A stretch of DNA of 64,000 bases from Seison nebaliae (taxonomy: Eukaryota). The notes beneath the pieces were generated by a model. That model was given only the letters and a program-made list of their open reading frames with translations. It had not been told where the DNA came from and searched no databases. Where the stretch lies: assembly GCA_023231475.1 (NCBI GenBank), contig JALJEE010002175.1, positions 62,001-126,000 on the forward strand. Reading direction: 5' to 3'. The first letter of the stretch is position 1. Every line of letters starts with the position of its first letter. The position numbers and the translations under genes were made by a program. This document shows, in pieces, positions 52,433 through 64,000 of the stretch.

Positions 52433-54047
52433 ATGTTTCTCATTCGAAATATTCGAATTATTTCTAATCATTTCCGTTTCCATTCGACAATTCCCGTTTT
52501 CGTTGAAGTGTATGGATGTCAGATGAATGTTAATGATACGGAGATTATTTATTCCATTCTCCATCGAAGTAATTTCCAGAATCACATAAAATTGTCAAAA
52601 GCCAAAACTTCTTCCGACGCTCAATGTCTCCTCATCAATACTTGTTCTATACGTGACGGTGCTGAACAACGTATATGGAATCGATTGAAGTCATTGCAAA
52701 GTCGTCGTTCCCACAACTTGACAACAATCGGTATTTTGGGCTGTATGGCTGAGAGATTGAAAAACCGTTTAATTGAGAGTGGTCTAGTGGATATGGTTTG
52801 TGGACCAGATTCCTATCGTACTTTACCATCTTTCATTCGTGCAGCTGCTTCTAAATCTCAATCTCCTGATGAATTGATCGATGTAAAATTGTCAACTGAC
52901 GAGACATATTCTGATGTGATTATCGATCAAATATCATCAAATTCAAAAATTTCTAGATATCTTACCATCATGCGTGGTTGTAATAATCATTGTTCATTTT
53001 GTATAGTACCTTTTGTGAGAGGTGTGGAGAGATCTCTTCCTTTCCAATCTCTCATCGATCAAACTATAAATTTAATAAAGAATGAAAATTGTAAAGAAAT
53101 TATTTTGTTGGGACAAAATGTGAACACTTATCGATATGAACGGGATGATCTTCCTAAACCAATATCGTTTCGTCCATCGCAAAAATATGAATCGAATAAA
53201 AAAGCTAAGGAAGAATTTCTCTCATCAAATTTCAGTTCGAATATATTGCTCCGTTACGAAACCATTTCCACCAGTTATCGATTTGCTCATTTGTTGGAGA
53301 CGGTGGCGGAAATCGATCCTAACGTGCGAATTCGATTTACTTCCCCACATCCAAAAGATTTCCCTGACGAAGTTATTTAATTCCATAAAAATATTAAATT
53401 AAATAAATTTCCATAAAACCGTTCTGCAGGTTCTCCAAGTGATGAAACGTCACAGAAATATTTGTCAATCAATTCACTTACCGGCCCAAAGTGGAAGTAA
53501 TCGAATTTTAGAATTAATGAAGAGGAATTATACAAAAGAAATTTATCTGGAATTGGTGGAACATATTCGTTCCATTCTCCCAGATATTTCATTCACATCA
53601 GATTTTATTGCAGGATTTTGTGATGAAACAGAAGAAGATCATCAACAAACTTTAGATTTGATAGATAAATGTCGATATCGATTTGTTTATTCGTTTCCGT
53701 TCAGTCTTCGTGAGAAAACGAAGGCTCATCGTCATCTTTCAGATAACGTCGATTTTCACACGAAAAGGAGAAGACACGAAGAAATTTGCGAATTATGGAG
53801 ACGAATAGCAACGGAAGAGAATGAGAAATTGATCGGAATGAATCGAATAGTTTTGGTGGACGGAAGAGCGAAAAGGAGGAAGGAAGATCATGTCCAAGGT
53901 AGAATTGATGAAGGCGTTCGATGTAATCTCTTACATCAAGTCAATGGTACGATGTTGAAAGACGGAGATTATGTGATGGTGAAAATTTTATCTGTCTCCT
54001 CTCAATCCGTTTATGGGAAACCGTTAGAACTTATTCAGAATTTATAA
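52433..54047 (+). CDS. CDK5RAP1: Mitochondrial tRNA methylthiotransferase (MiaB family), 2 exons
   Basis: UPF0004 motifs YGCQMN, NTCSIR and GCMAERLK, radical SAM GCNNHCSFC, RFTSPHPKDFPDE, IHLPAQSGS and a C-terminal TRAM domain. A 58-nt intron lies at 53372-53429. Confidence 0.95.
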
Positions 54048-54413
54048 TTGTTTTTATAAACGAATTTAAATTAATTTTAATTTTAAATTTAATTTAATAA
54101 ATTCTCTTAATTTCTTATTAAATTTAATAAATTCTCTAATTTCTCAAAAAAAATTTATATAATTTCCTTTCATTTCCAAATAATTTTAATAAATTATCTT
54201 AACTTTTATTCTACTATTAGAACTTTAATAGATCAAATAAACATTCAAGATTAAAATGCGATTTTTGTTCATTTTTTTGGGGAAATTTTGCGAAGAAATA
54301 TCGATGAAGAAAAGATAAAATAGAAATCCATTCACAATTTAAAATTGATAGAGAAAATGATGACGAAGAAATTAGAGGCGAAAAATAGAGAAGTCATTCT
54401 CAAATGTGTCAAT

Positions 54414-57400
54414 TTAATTTTGAAAATGGGCAGAATAAGATTTCTTCAATATCGATCGATAATCGTCATAATTATTCTGATCGTTAAATCTCATTAGATT
54501 CTTTCGTCTAATTTTGTCAATATTGTTGTTGTTGTTGTTGTTATTGTTGTTATTATTGTTATTTGAATTATTCATCGAATTATTTTTATGAGAATTCGAA
54601 AGATTTTGACTCTTTCTATGACAATGACGTTGTTGTTGTTGTTGTTGTTGGGAGTAGTTGAGGAAATGTTGATTTGGAGATAATTGTTTCGATGTTTCCA
54701 TCATACGTTCATGAATCGATGTACTAATGATATCGGCATCAGCATCATCATCCAAATTCACTTGATCATTTGACAATAAATCATCATCCATAAAACTGTT
54801 ATTATCATCCTGGAAACTTAATTGACCATGCATGTCTAATGAAGTGTTATTGGAGCGATTGAGAGTATTCTGGTAACGTTGTGATGAATTGGTCGGCGTT
54901 GAAGATAAAATTCTTCCGTTTTTCTTCAGAGTCGAATAATCGTTGAATGTAATATCGTCTGTCTCTTGTTTCTGTCGGTTCTTCATTTGAAGCTCATATT
55001 GTTGTCGTTTCTGTCGTTCGACCATTCGTTCTCTTTGATCATTCAACATCAAATTCTCTTTCACAAGAAACTTCGTATAATCATTCGGATTGAGTGCCAA
55101 ATTCTTCACATTTCGATTCGGAACATCTTTCGGAATATTCGAATTAATTATCGTCTCTAACGATCTCATCATATTAGCGAGACAAGGCGATTGAGACGTT
55201 TGACAATTCTTCATAATCTCATTCAATTTCTCCTTGTCTAATTGGACGGTTTCGCATCGTTTCTGTTGTTGAATGATATCTCGATAGAATTGAAGTCTCT
55301 GAGTTGTTTGAGCATACACTTCATGAAGTGGGGAAATTCCATCATCATTACCATCATTATTCCTACTCTGATGCATTGCACTTGATGAATTTTCGATTTT
55401 TTCATTTAAATTGTGTAATTTGTCGAATTCTTTTTCGAGACATTTTCTCGTTTCCAAACTGAAATCATCATAATAATCGTGGAGTATTTGAATGATATTT
55501 TCTGGATGTAATTCTTGGAAATTCTTCGAATAATCCACCAAATTCATCCCTTCTCTTTTCTCCGTTGTTTGTCCATTTTCGTCTTCTACCAATGAGTGAG
55601 TGGTCGACCTTTGAGGTGATTGACATTCGGATGAGACTCCACTCGATGAACTAGCCACATCGATCGGTTTAACTTGACTAATGAAAACTCTGTCCAGTGG
55701 CAATTCTAAAGAATCGTGAGAGAAACGTCCGGAATCGGTTGATGATTTATTTTTGGAAGAATCGGAATGTTGATTCAATTGTCGAAGTTCGTTCGATAAT
55801 CTCGACGAGTTAGTATAAGACGAATAAGCGGTAGAAGTGGAGGATGAACCAGTGGAGAATGGAGAACAAAGTGTACCACAATTCATTCGATTTTTCGTTA
55901 TGGTCGATCTCGCTCGATGTGATTTGATCGATTGTTGTTTATCGAGTGATCGACCGAATCGTTTATGGATAGACGGCTCTACCGAATGACTGCGCTTCAT
56001 TTCAGAACGATTCGATTCATCAACAACTGATCTTGCCGATTGTAATAACGGTTTTCTTAAATGACGTTGTCTTTGTGATTTCCATCTTCTTCCTCCGTCT
56101 TTCTCATTCTCTTCACTCATCCGATGATGATATAATAATTCGTTTCTCAATTCATAATTCTCCACTTTCAAATCGGTGAATTTCGTTTGTAGATTCCTCT
56201 CGAACGAGGAAATATAATTTCGGAAAGAATCGAGAAATTTATACAATTCCGATTGTTGTTGGACAACATATTCCGTGTTCAATTTAATCGCCTCCTTCAA
56301 TTGAATATTGATCACATTCTTCTCTTCCATTAGTTCTCGTTTCTCCTTCGATAAAACCGCCACCTTCTCTGAGAGAAGAGAACAAGTTTCCACCATTTTC
56401 AAATATCTCACACATTCCGAATGACCATTATAATCGGCGAGAATGATGGGCGTATGTCCCGCATTGTTCGCTTCTATCGTACTCACATTCAACTCCACTA
56501 AAATTTGCAAGCACGACATATGACCATATTTGGCCGCTAGATGAGCCGCATTATTACTATTATAAGCATTCTTCAAATTGAGACTGATATTCATTTTCAT
56601 CATAATATCACAAATGAATAATAGACATTTATCTTCTCCATATTTCGCAGCGATATGCAACAATGGTTTCTTCCCGTTCGAATGTCTAATTGAATTCGTC
56701 TGATTCATTTCGATGAAATCCGAATAAGGAATCTCTTCAGTTTTTCCTTCATGTGTACTGAAAGAATTACAAATTGGAAATGTACTTGTTGCAGCTGAGA
56801 TTGTCTCGTCATCATTTTCTTCATTTGGATTTATATAATTCTCATAATCATAAAATAACAGATCTTTCCAAGAAGAATGATTCTCAAATAACGTTTTTAA
56901 CACTTCCAATTCTCCGTGCTAAATAGAAATGGCGTTAATATAAAAGAGAAAAAAAACTTAACTTTTACTGCAACACAAGCAGCCGTGAATCCTTTATTGT
57001 CCATGGTGCGCGCCAAAATCGGTTTCTCTTTCAATAGGAATCTGACACTCTCCAAACAACGCTGAGCCACGGCTACATGGAGTAGACTGTTCTCATGTTT
57101 GTCAGAAATGAGAAAGAGATCTTTTTGATTCGAATACAAATTCCTTCCTTCCCAATCTTTTATCAAATTGGCGAAATTCTATGGAAGAAAATGGGAAAAA
57201 ATTATAATTTGAAATAATTTTTAAAATAAAATTTTCAGTATAAAATTTTGCAAAATAAAATTTAAAAAACATTAAAATGTTCCCGGAAAGAAATTGAAAA
57301 TGTTTAAATTTTCAAAGAAAAAAATTTCCTTACAAAAATTTGTTGAATCAAATTGAAATACATGAAAAAGTGTCAAGGAAAGGAATTTTGTTTCAAATAA

Positions 57401-60400
57401 TGAAGATAAAAATGAAGAGAATTTTTTTTGTCACTAGAAAACTTTTATAAATTTTTCAAACTAAAATATTATTTAGGTGGATGAGGCTACGAATCCTTCG
57501 CTGTCACATTCTTTTCGTTCGAATTCTAATGACAAAAAAATAGATACATTATGAGAATGCAGTCAAGTGGAAGAATATAATTGTGTTGTCATTCCACAAG
57601 AAATATTCCTTTCTCTCATCGTATAATCATTGACCGTAATTAGATTTAAGTTGCTCGTCTTTTCCTTAGTCGAGAGAGAATTGTTCGATATTTGTACGAG
57701 AACTGTTGATTTCCTCACCCAGAACAACCGTTAATAAAAATACGAGTGATTCGATTTAGATCGGATGAGATTATTGAATGTTGGAAGATTCCGGGTGATG
57801 GAATATTGGAGAACGACTCACCGGATAATGAGATAGAGTCGGGGAGTAATACTTCTCAATACGTAACATAATTGATAAGTTGCCGAGTGTGGTGTATGTG
57901 GTAGAATAATAGAATGGAATTAGAATCTGATATCTGGTCATTATTCTTTTCTACTCAATGAATTTGTGACAAAGTTTGATGAAAAGGAATGACCGACAAT
58001 GAAAGTGGGTCGAATAGATTTCTTCTTTTTTCTCCACCGCCAATACATGAATTCCATCAGTCTTATTAAATGAATTCCATGATATCTTCCAAGGTATCTC
58101 CTGCCCGATTACGAGCGGCAATTGCTTAATATTGCTCCGAGACAAATGGAAACTTTTCACTCATATGACGTGAACTGTTTGGTTAGACTTAGAGTAAACA
58201 AACAAACTCAATTATCAAATTCCTAATTAATCGATGTACCTCGAAGGCGTTCCTACATTTATTATCTCTTCCTAAACAACGATAATCTTCCCAATTGATT
58301 GGAATTGTTATATTCGTGGGAATAATCCGGAAAAAATAATCAATAGAACCCTATGGTACCACAGACGCCTCTCTCACTTTCTCTCTCTTCTCTTTATCAT
58401 CAATCGGTCAATCGTATTATCATTATCATATATCAGAACTTTCACAAATATCGATCATTAAAGGTGATCAACATGTCTTCCAGAGATGTACTTCATCCAA
58501 TGTACACATGTACTCGCCACCCCTCACACTATCTCCCTTCTAATGCATACTTCTCATACACTCTGATACTGATGATGATGATAATGATGAATGATTGAAT
58601 TTTGAAGCAGAAAAAAGCTTCCCAGACCACGAAGCAAAGATTTAATATAAATAAATGTCGAAAGTGACGTCCATTGGGAGAATTTTCTAATCAGATACAG
58701 GAATATGTACATTGATAAATTGGGAGAAGAAAACGATTATCTGAATATTTCCTCCACAATTCCTCTGAACGACCAAACTGTTCTGGAAGAAACATTCACA
58801 TGAGAACCATTCGCTTTCAAATGAAGCATACCAAATTGGGAGAAAAAGAGAGTGTGAATTGTTTTCGTTTATCTTATCAAATGTCTTCGTTAGAAGGGTA
58901 ATTTGACGGGAAGAAGTTTGAAAGAAATTCCTGAGAATTCATTTAAAGTTTTCGAATTAGACGAGAAAAAAAATTGGAAAATCGTTTGAGATATATTATC
59001 AATCAGACAACGAGATTCCATATGAATGAATGAATTAAAAGGAAACTCTTTCTCTGAAGAATATGAAGCAATTTGGTTGATGGTGAGAATGTGAAGCAAG
59101 TAGTAATAATTAACGAGAACTGATAATGGAAAAAGATTTTTGTTTTCATTTCGACATTTGTAGTTGTAAAAAGAGTGAACAAGTGAACTCCGATCAGTTT
59201 TATGTTTTCTCTTACCTTTTGTTTCACATGCGAACAATGGAAATGGAAATGTATTCCGTTATAAAAACACATTTAGAGAATTGAGTACAATGACCAATTC
59301 ATATAATATGATGTCAGGAGAATTGTTTGCAACTACGACGAGTAGTCACGATGGCGATACACTGTTGTCTAATGCTGGTAAATTAATGGTATCTTTCTCC
59401 AATTGACAGAATTATTTTCAGATGGAATTGATGTTTATTTCTAATGATTTTCCTTTCCTACCATACTCAGATTAGCATTCGTCTTACATAATTTATGAGT
59501 TGGTAAATATGGGTGAGGTAAATTACGTGAACATTTAGAATTCCTTCTACAACTGAACCCTGAGACGAAGGCAAAGAAAATTGATAAATAATTTTTTGGT
59601 TGATTAATCAATTGAAAACAGAAAAAATTGTTCTGTTATTAATCAACCAATTTTCTCCAGGAGGAATATGAGTCGTATCGATTTATATAAAAAACAAGAA
59701 TTCTCTAATTGTTTCGTTGGTTGGGGAAAGTAGAAAACGTTTAGGCTTAAGGCGAAGTTTATTTGACTGAACTAGAATTGTGGAAATCTTTCGATTTCGA
59801 ATCAACAAATATCGTCACTTTATATGACTGAATGTGAAGAGGATTGATTGTGGAATAATTTATCATGTTAGTGAAGTAGATCGATTGATGAATTGTGTAT
59901 ATGATTCTACATTTGCATATGCAATATCATATAATTTAATTTATCTCCACAATCAAATAAGTTGTTGATTTGGGGAGAGGAAATGACCAATGGCTATTTG
60001 GTGGTCTATCTCCAATTCCATGTATCTCCTCCTCATCCACGAAGTGTATTGTCAAGTTGTAAAGATGAGAAATGGAATGAACAGTCCCACATCTCTCCAA
60101 CACCATAAATCTATGGTTTGATGGTAGAAATGATGGAAATGGTGGGAAGAGTAGATATAGTTTCGATTTGTTGAGAATGTATGGAGATGTTTGATCTATC
60201 AATTCACAATTGGAATATACATCAGATGCTGCTACTCTTTCTTATTATAATTGATTAAGGAAAAATAGTTTATGATGTCGAATAAACATTTATTAGATGA
60301 TTCGACTTGAATAAGAAGAAGAAGAAGAAATTCATATTTCTCCCACAATGAGGTTGGTTTAAAGAGGTTACTCTTCAAGAAACATCTGAGGAAACATGAT

Positions 60401-63400
60401 TAGATGAATCAAATGTTCATAATCGATTACATAAAATCGATCGATCTATGACATAAAACCATAAATCTACTAACGATCGAGAGTGAAGAAGAAATTTATC
60501 GGCGCAGCTGTTTATCTCCAGATTTGATGAATTGTTTTCATTCAACTACATTTCAAGTAGAGTAAACCACTATCCGGTCTATTCAAATAAGTGAAATAAT
60601 TTCGAAATTCAATTCACTCACAATCAATAAAAGTCTGTCCGAACAAACGGAAATGGTTTGATTATTCTCCTCATTTTCCTTATTTATCACCCAAAATAAC
60701 AAATGGATAAGAATTGCGGAGAGTTGTGCAGGATATGCAATAAATGTCGCGGCGATTGATTTACGCAGAAGTCCATTCAAAGGAAAGAATTGGAACGTAT
60801 TCATAAATCAAACAGAAAACAATTTGATTAATTCAAATAAGTTAAGAGGCAAATTCTTAAATGGAAAACGGTTGGATGAGGAACCTGAAGATCGGAAGAA
60901 GAATTAGAAGAAGTAAACTGAAGAAGAATTAGAAGAAGTAAACTGAAGAAGAATTAGTAGAAGTAAACTGAAGAAGAATTAGAAGAAGTAAAATACAGAA
61001 GAATTAGGTAAACGAGAATGTGGGAGTGACGGAAATCGTTTGCTCAATAACTGATAAATATGTGAGGTAGAAAAAAACATATAATTGAATTGAGACTAAT
61101 AACAATAATTGAGTGTATGATGTTGAATAGGATACTTTGACTAGGAGAAGAGGAAAAGTTGGAAGAAATAGTAGTTTCATTTTCATGTTCCGATTTTCTC
61201 CGGAAGGAAAGTTTCGCGAATATTTTCATTCTCTATTACATGATACGATGATAAAATGATAATCTACCAAACTCTCCTTTTCCTCCTCTCCATTCTTCTC
61301 GACGTTCTTATATCTAAACAGAACGGAATGAGATAAGAAAATAAATTTAATTTCTTCAAAAATATTGATTTCATTTAATCAGGTAACACCAGACACACGA
61401 CCACCTCAAAGATGATAATGTTACATTTGATTTGTTTTCAACGAGACAATAGGAGGGAGAGAAGGCACCCGATGGTGAAACATAAAATCGAAATACATTT
61501 CAATCGATATATCGTCCCCATGTTTTCCTTACCGACGACGACGATGACGACGACAACCATAATTAGAACAAAAATAAAAGACAAGAATGGAATGCGGAAC
61601 TTGAAACAAGAAGATGAGAGGCAAATTACACATTTTCCTTAGTTTTAATGACGATGTAATTTTGATCTGAATTAAATGAAAAACATAAAACTTAAAAAAA
61701 CTTCCTCCACTCTCACGGATGGCCGTACTCTGTGTTATATCGAAAATTAGTAAAATAAATTTTTGAAAAAATAATATCTACTTTTATTGGAGATAAATGA
61801 TTGAAATAGATGTTTGATAATCGTCTAATTCTACATCATCGATGAAATGGAAATAATCGGGTAGTCGATTATTTTGGAAATATAACGGTTGAATCGAATT
61901 GATAGTGAAAGGTGTTGAAATATTTTCCTTTTATTTTTCAGAAACTACCTTGAACTCCAAATACATTTCTGTGCATGGAATTCCAACAAGTGCTTATATT
62001 GATACCAGTTACCATAGAAACGGAGTCCGCTACTCATGATTAATTTTCAATCATTTAATTGGATGGAGTTCAATGGAATGTGTTTAGATGAAATAATGAG
62101 AAACGATCGACATTCATTTTGACAATTGTGAAATTTATATTATTATGATTCCGATCATAATCGAAGGGTTCTTAGGGAGAAGGACTCCCTCACTTTCCCT
62201 CACCGAATTTTCTACTTCACTTCATGCAAATAATTCTTTCAATTAATCGGAAAACAACTCGATGAATGAAAGAATCATATGATTCTCCATACAATGAGAC
62301 AAATGCATCAGAAGATCAAAGAGGTGTGGGGAAATTATCAACACTGAAATTTAGGTCATATGTTGGGAGAGAGGGGAGGGGCGAGAGAGGAAAAACTTAA
62401 ATTAAATGGTATTGATTCGATTGATAACGTTTGTCAATAGGATAACAACAAATTTTGAGTATATCATTGACACAGTTCGAATGTTCATCATCTCGTCAGA
62501 TTTGACTAACGTAAGAATTTTTTTTCTTTATTCATTCGAATGTTCAATATTCTAATAGATGATATGATGATATTGAAGAAAAACTTTTGAATTTCTCTGA
62601 GAACGGACAAGAAAATATTTTCGAAGATAAATTTCTTCCATGAACAGAAGATCCTAAAGATAGTTAAATATGTACTGGTAATGGAATGTATTTTAACAAT
62701 CAAATTAACCAAAAGAAAATGGAGAAGGTTAGTGAAATAGAAGATGATGGAAATACGAATCGTTTGGTGTTGAGACGTTCCGAATAAGAAGATCGATTAC
62801 ATAACAAACAGCTAAAGCCGAATGGATGAAGATATCGGAAAGATTTTCCTTCAATTACATCTTCTCAAGGAATGAATGAATATGTTATCCGGAAAATTTA
62901 TTCCCTTTTATTCTCGTTTTCCTCACTTCGAATTCTTCATTCTTTCATTTCAAATCGGTTTGGATATGAGACGATTTTGTTCGAATGTTCATAAATAAAA
63001 ATATTCTGTCACAAATAATTCTTATCTTGTCAAATTCCTTATGATTGTGCGAACAATTTACGTCTAGCGATAAGTGAGAAATCGTGATGAAGATGAATCA
63101 TATTGAATGGGGGGAAAAGAATTCCGATAAACTTCTCTCCAACTTTTCTGGAGCAATCAACTATTCGTTATCGGGTGGTGTGATGAGCAGAAATTATTAA
63201 TAATATCTTCCGATTAATATCGGAAATGATAAGAAACACTTCCGCTCCCTCCGACAAATACACGTTAAGTCAATATTGAACTTGGAGTATTTGTAGATGG
63301 GCAAATGGTTTTGCTCCATCTTTCTAACATATCTCTTCTCCGCTCAGAATGGTTGGAGGAAATGTACAGGAAATGTTTGTTAATCACATTGAAAACAAAC

Positions 63401-64000
63401 ATATTTACACCAACTGATCGCCTTGTTCCTTTTTTGGGGAAAGACTTCCGAATTATTCTCCTAAATTGATCTTCTAAATTTTCTTCTTCTTCTACTCATT
63501 TATTGGAGATGTTTTTGAAAGATAAATAAATATCAATTTCAATCAATGATGAATTATAATTATAAATAAATTATCTTTCTTCCAGAAAAGAAAAGAAGTT
63601 GATGGAAAACATTTCAGTCTAAAATGATGATGGAAATGATGAAAATGAGAGTTCGTTGAAGAGAAAGAGAATGATGAAAAGAATTGATAATTAAAAAGGT
63701 CTTTCTTATCTAATCAAGTTCATGGGAGAAGGTGATAAAAAGGCAAACTTGTAATTCGACCAAATCCTCATGAAGAACAGCATGAATCATCTGACGTCTT
63801 GCACGACGATAGAGTGCGTTCTTCTTGTTTGATTGCATTCCCTTCAAGGAAGTAATGACAGTTGCTGCATCATCTGATTGTAAGGAATTGTTGGAAATGT
63901 CAAAGACGTCATTGTCGCCGTTCGAACGGTTGGTATGGTGACGTCCAGAATTCTTCTTCCCACCAATCCCACCATTCATGGCAGATAGGGAAGAATTCTC
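54414..64000 (-). CDS. SNCAIP: Synphilin-1-like ankyrin-repeat/coiled-coil protein (5' end runs off the window)
   Basis: Ankyrin repeats (SLLHVAV, LLHIAAKYG, AAHLAAKYGH, TPIILA) followed by CVRYLKMVETCSLLSEKVAVL, which matches the synphilin-1 YLVVVETCMSLASQVVKL segment. A short intron lies at about 56920-56961. The exon at 63749-64000 joins in phase 0 across an inferred 6.6-kb intron (57179-63748). Confidence 0.72.
57822..57869 (-). CDS. Putative alternative first coding exon of the synphilin-like gene (MLRIEKYYSPTLSHYP)
   Basis: ATG plus 15 codons ending at a perfect CCG|GTGAGT donor, in phase 0 with the acceptor at 57179. Confidence 0.5.
60895..60992. repeat. 25-bp minisatellite, about 4 copies (gaagaagaattagaagaagtaaact)
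   Basis: Direct tandem copies start at 60895, 60920, 60945 and 60970, inside the inferred large intron. Confidence 0.9.

Noticed and set aside
1..64000. tRNA, rRNA and snRNA genes
   Set aside because: No recognisable T-loop/D-loop, U1 5' end or U6 motifs were seen by eye. A covariance-model search is needed to exclude them.

Overview
Eukaryotic, AT-rich, gene-dense animal genomic DNA. It is probably a compact spiralian or gnathiferan (rotifer-like) genome, but this is an inference and not verifiable here. By hand-splicing I could assemble about 15 genes. They are an amidated neuropeptide precursor (2x AMYIPF-amide), RBM39, dynactin p27 (DCTN6), a synaptotagmin-like protein, a Pro/RS-rich putative splicing factor, a BEN-domain protein, a type II transmembrane trypsin-like protease, a standalone trehalose-6-phosphate phosphatase, FAAH-like amidase, DDX24-like helicase, a d4/DPF-family protein without PHD fingers, CDK5RAP1/MiaB, a synphilin-1-like ankyrin protein and several orphans. 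There is also a B-box pseudogene and a probable decayed Ty3/Gypsy relic. The most striking signal is splicing. Introns are mostly tiny (about 37-80 nt) and about 36 of 42 reconstructed donors read GTT rather than GTR. About a quarter of acceptors are AAG, and consensus GTRAG donors appear only on longer introns. An 87-bp same-strand gene gap with an unpaired acceptor suggests operon-type transcription resolved by SL trans-splicing. All exon models are manual and need RNA evidence.
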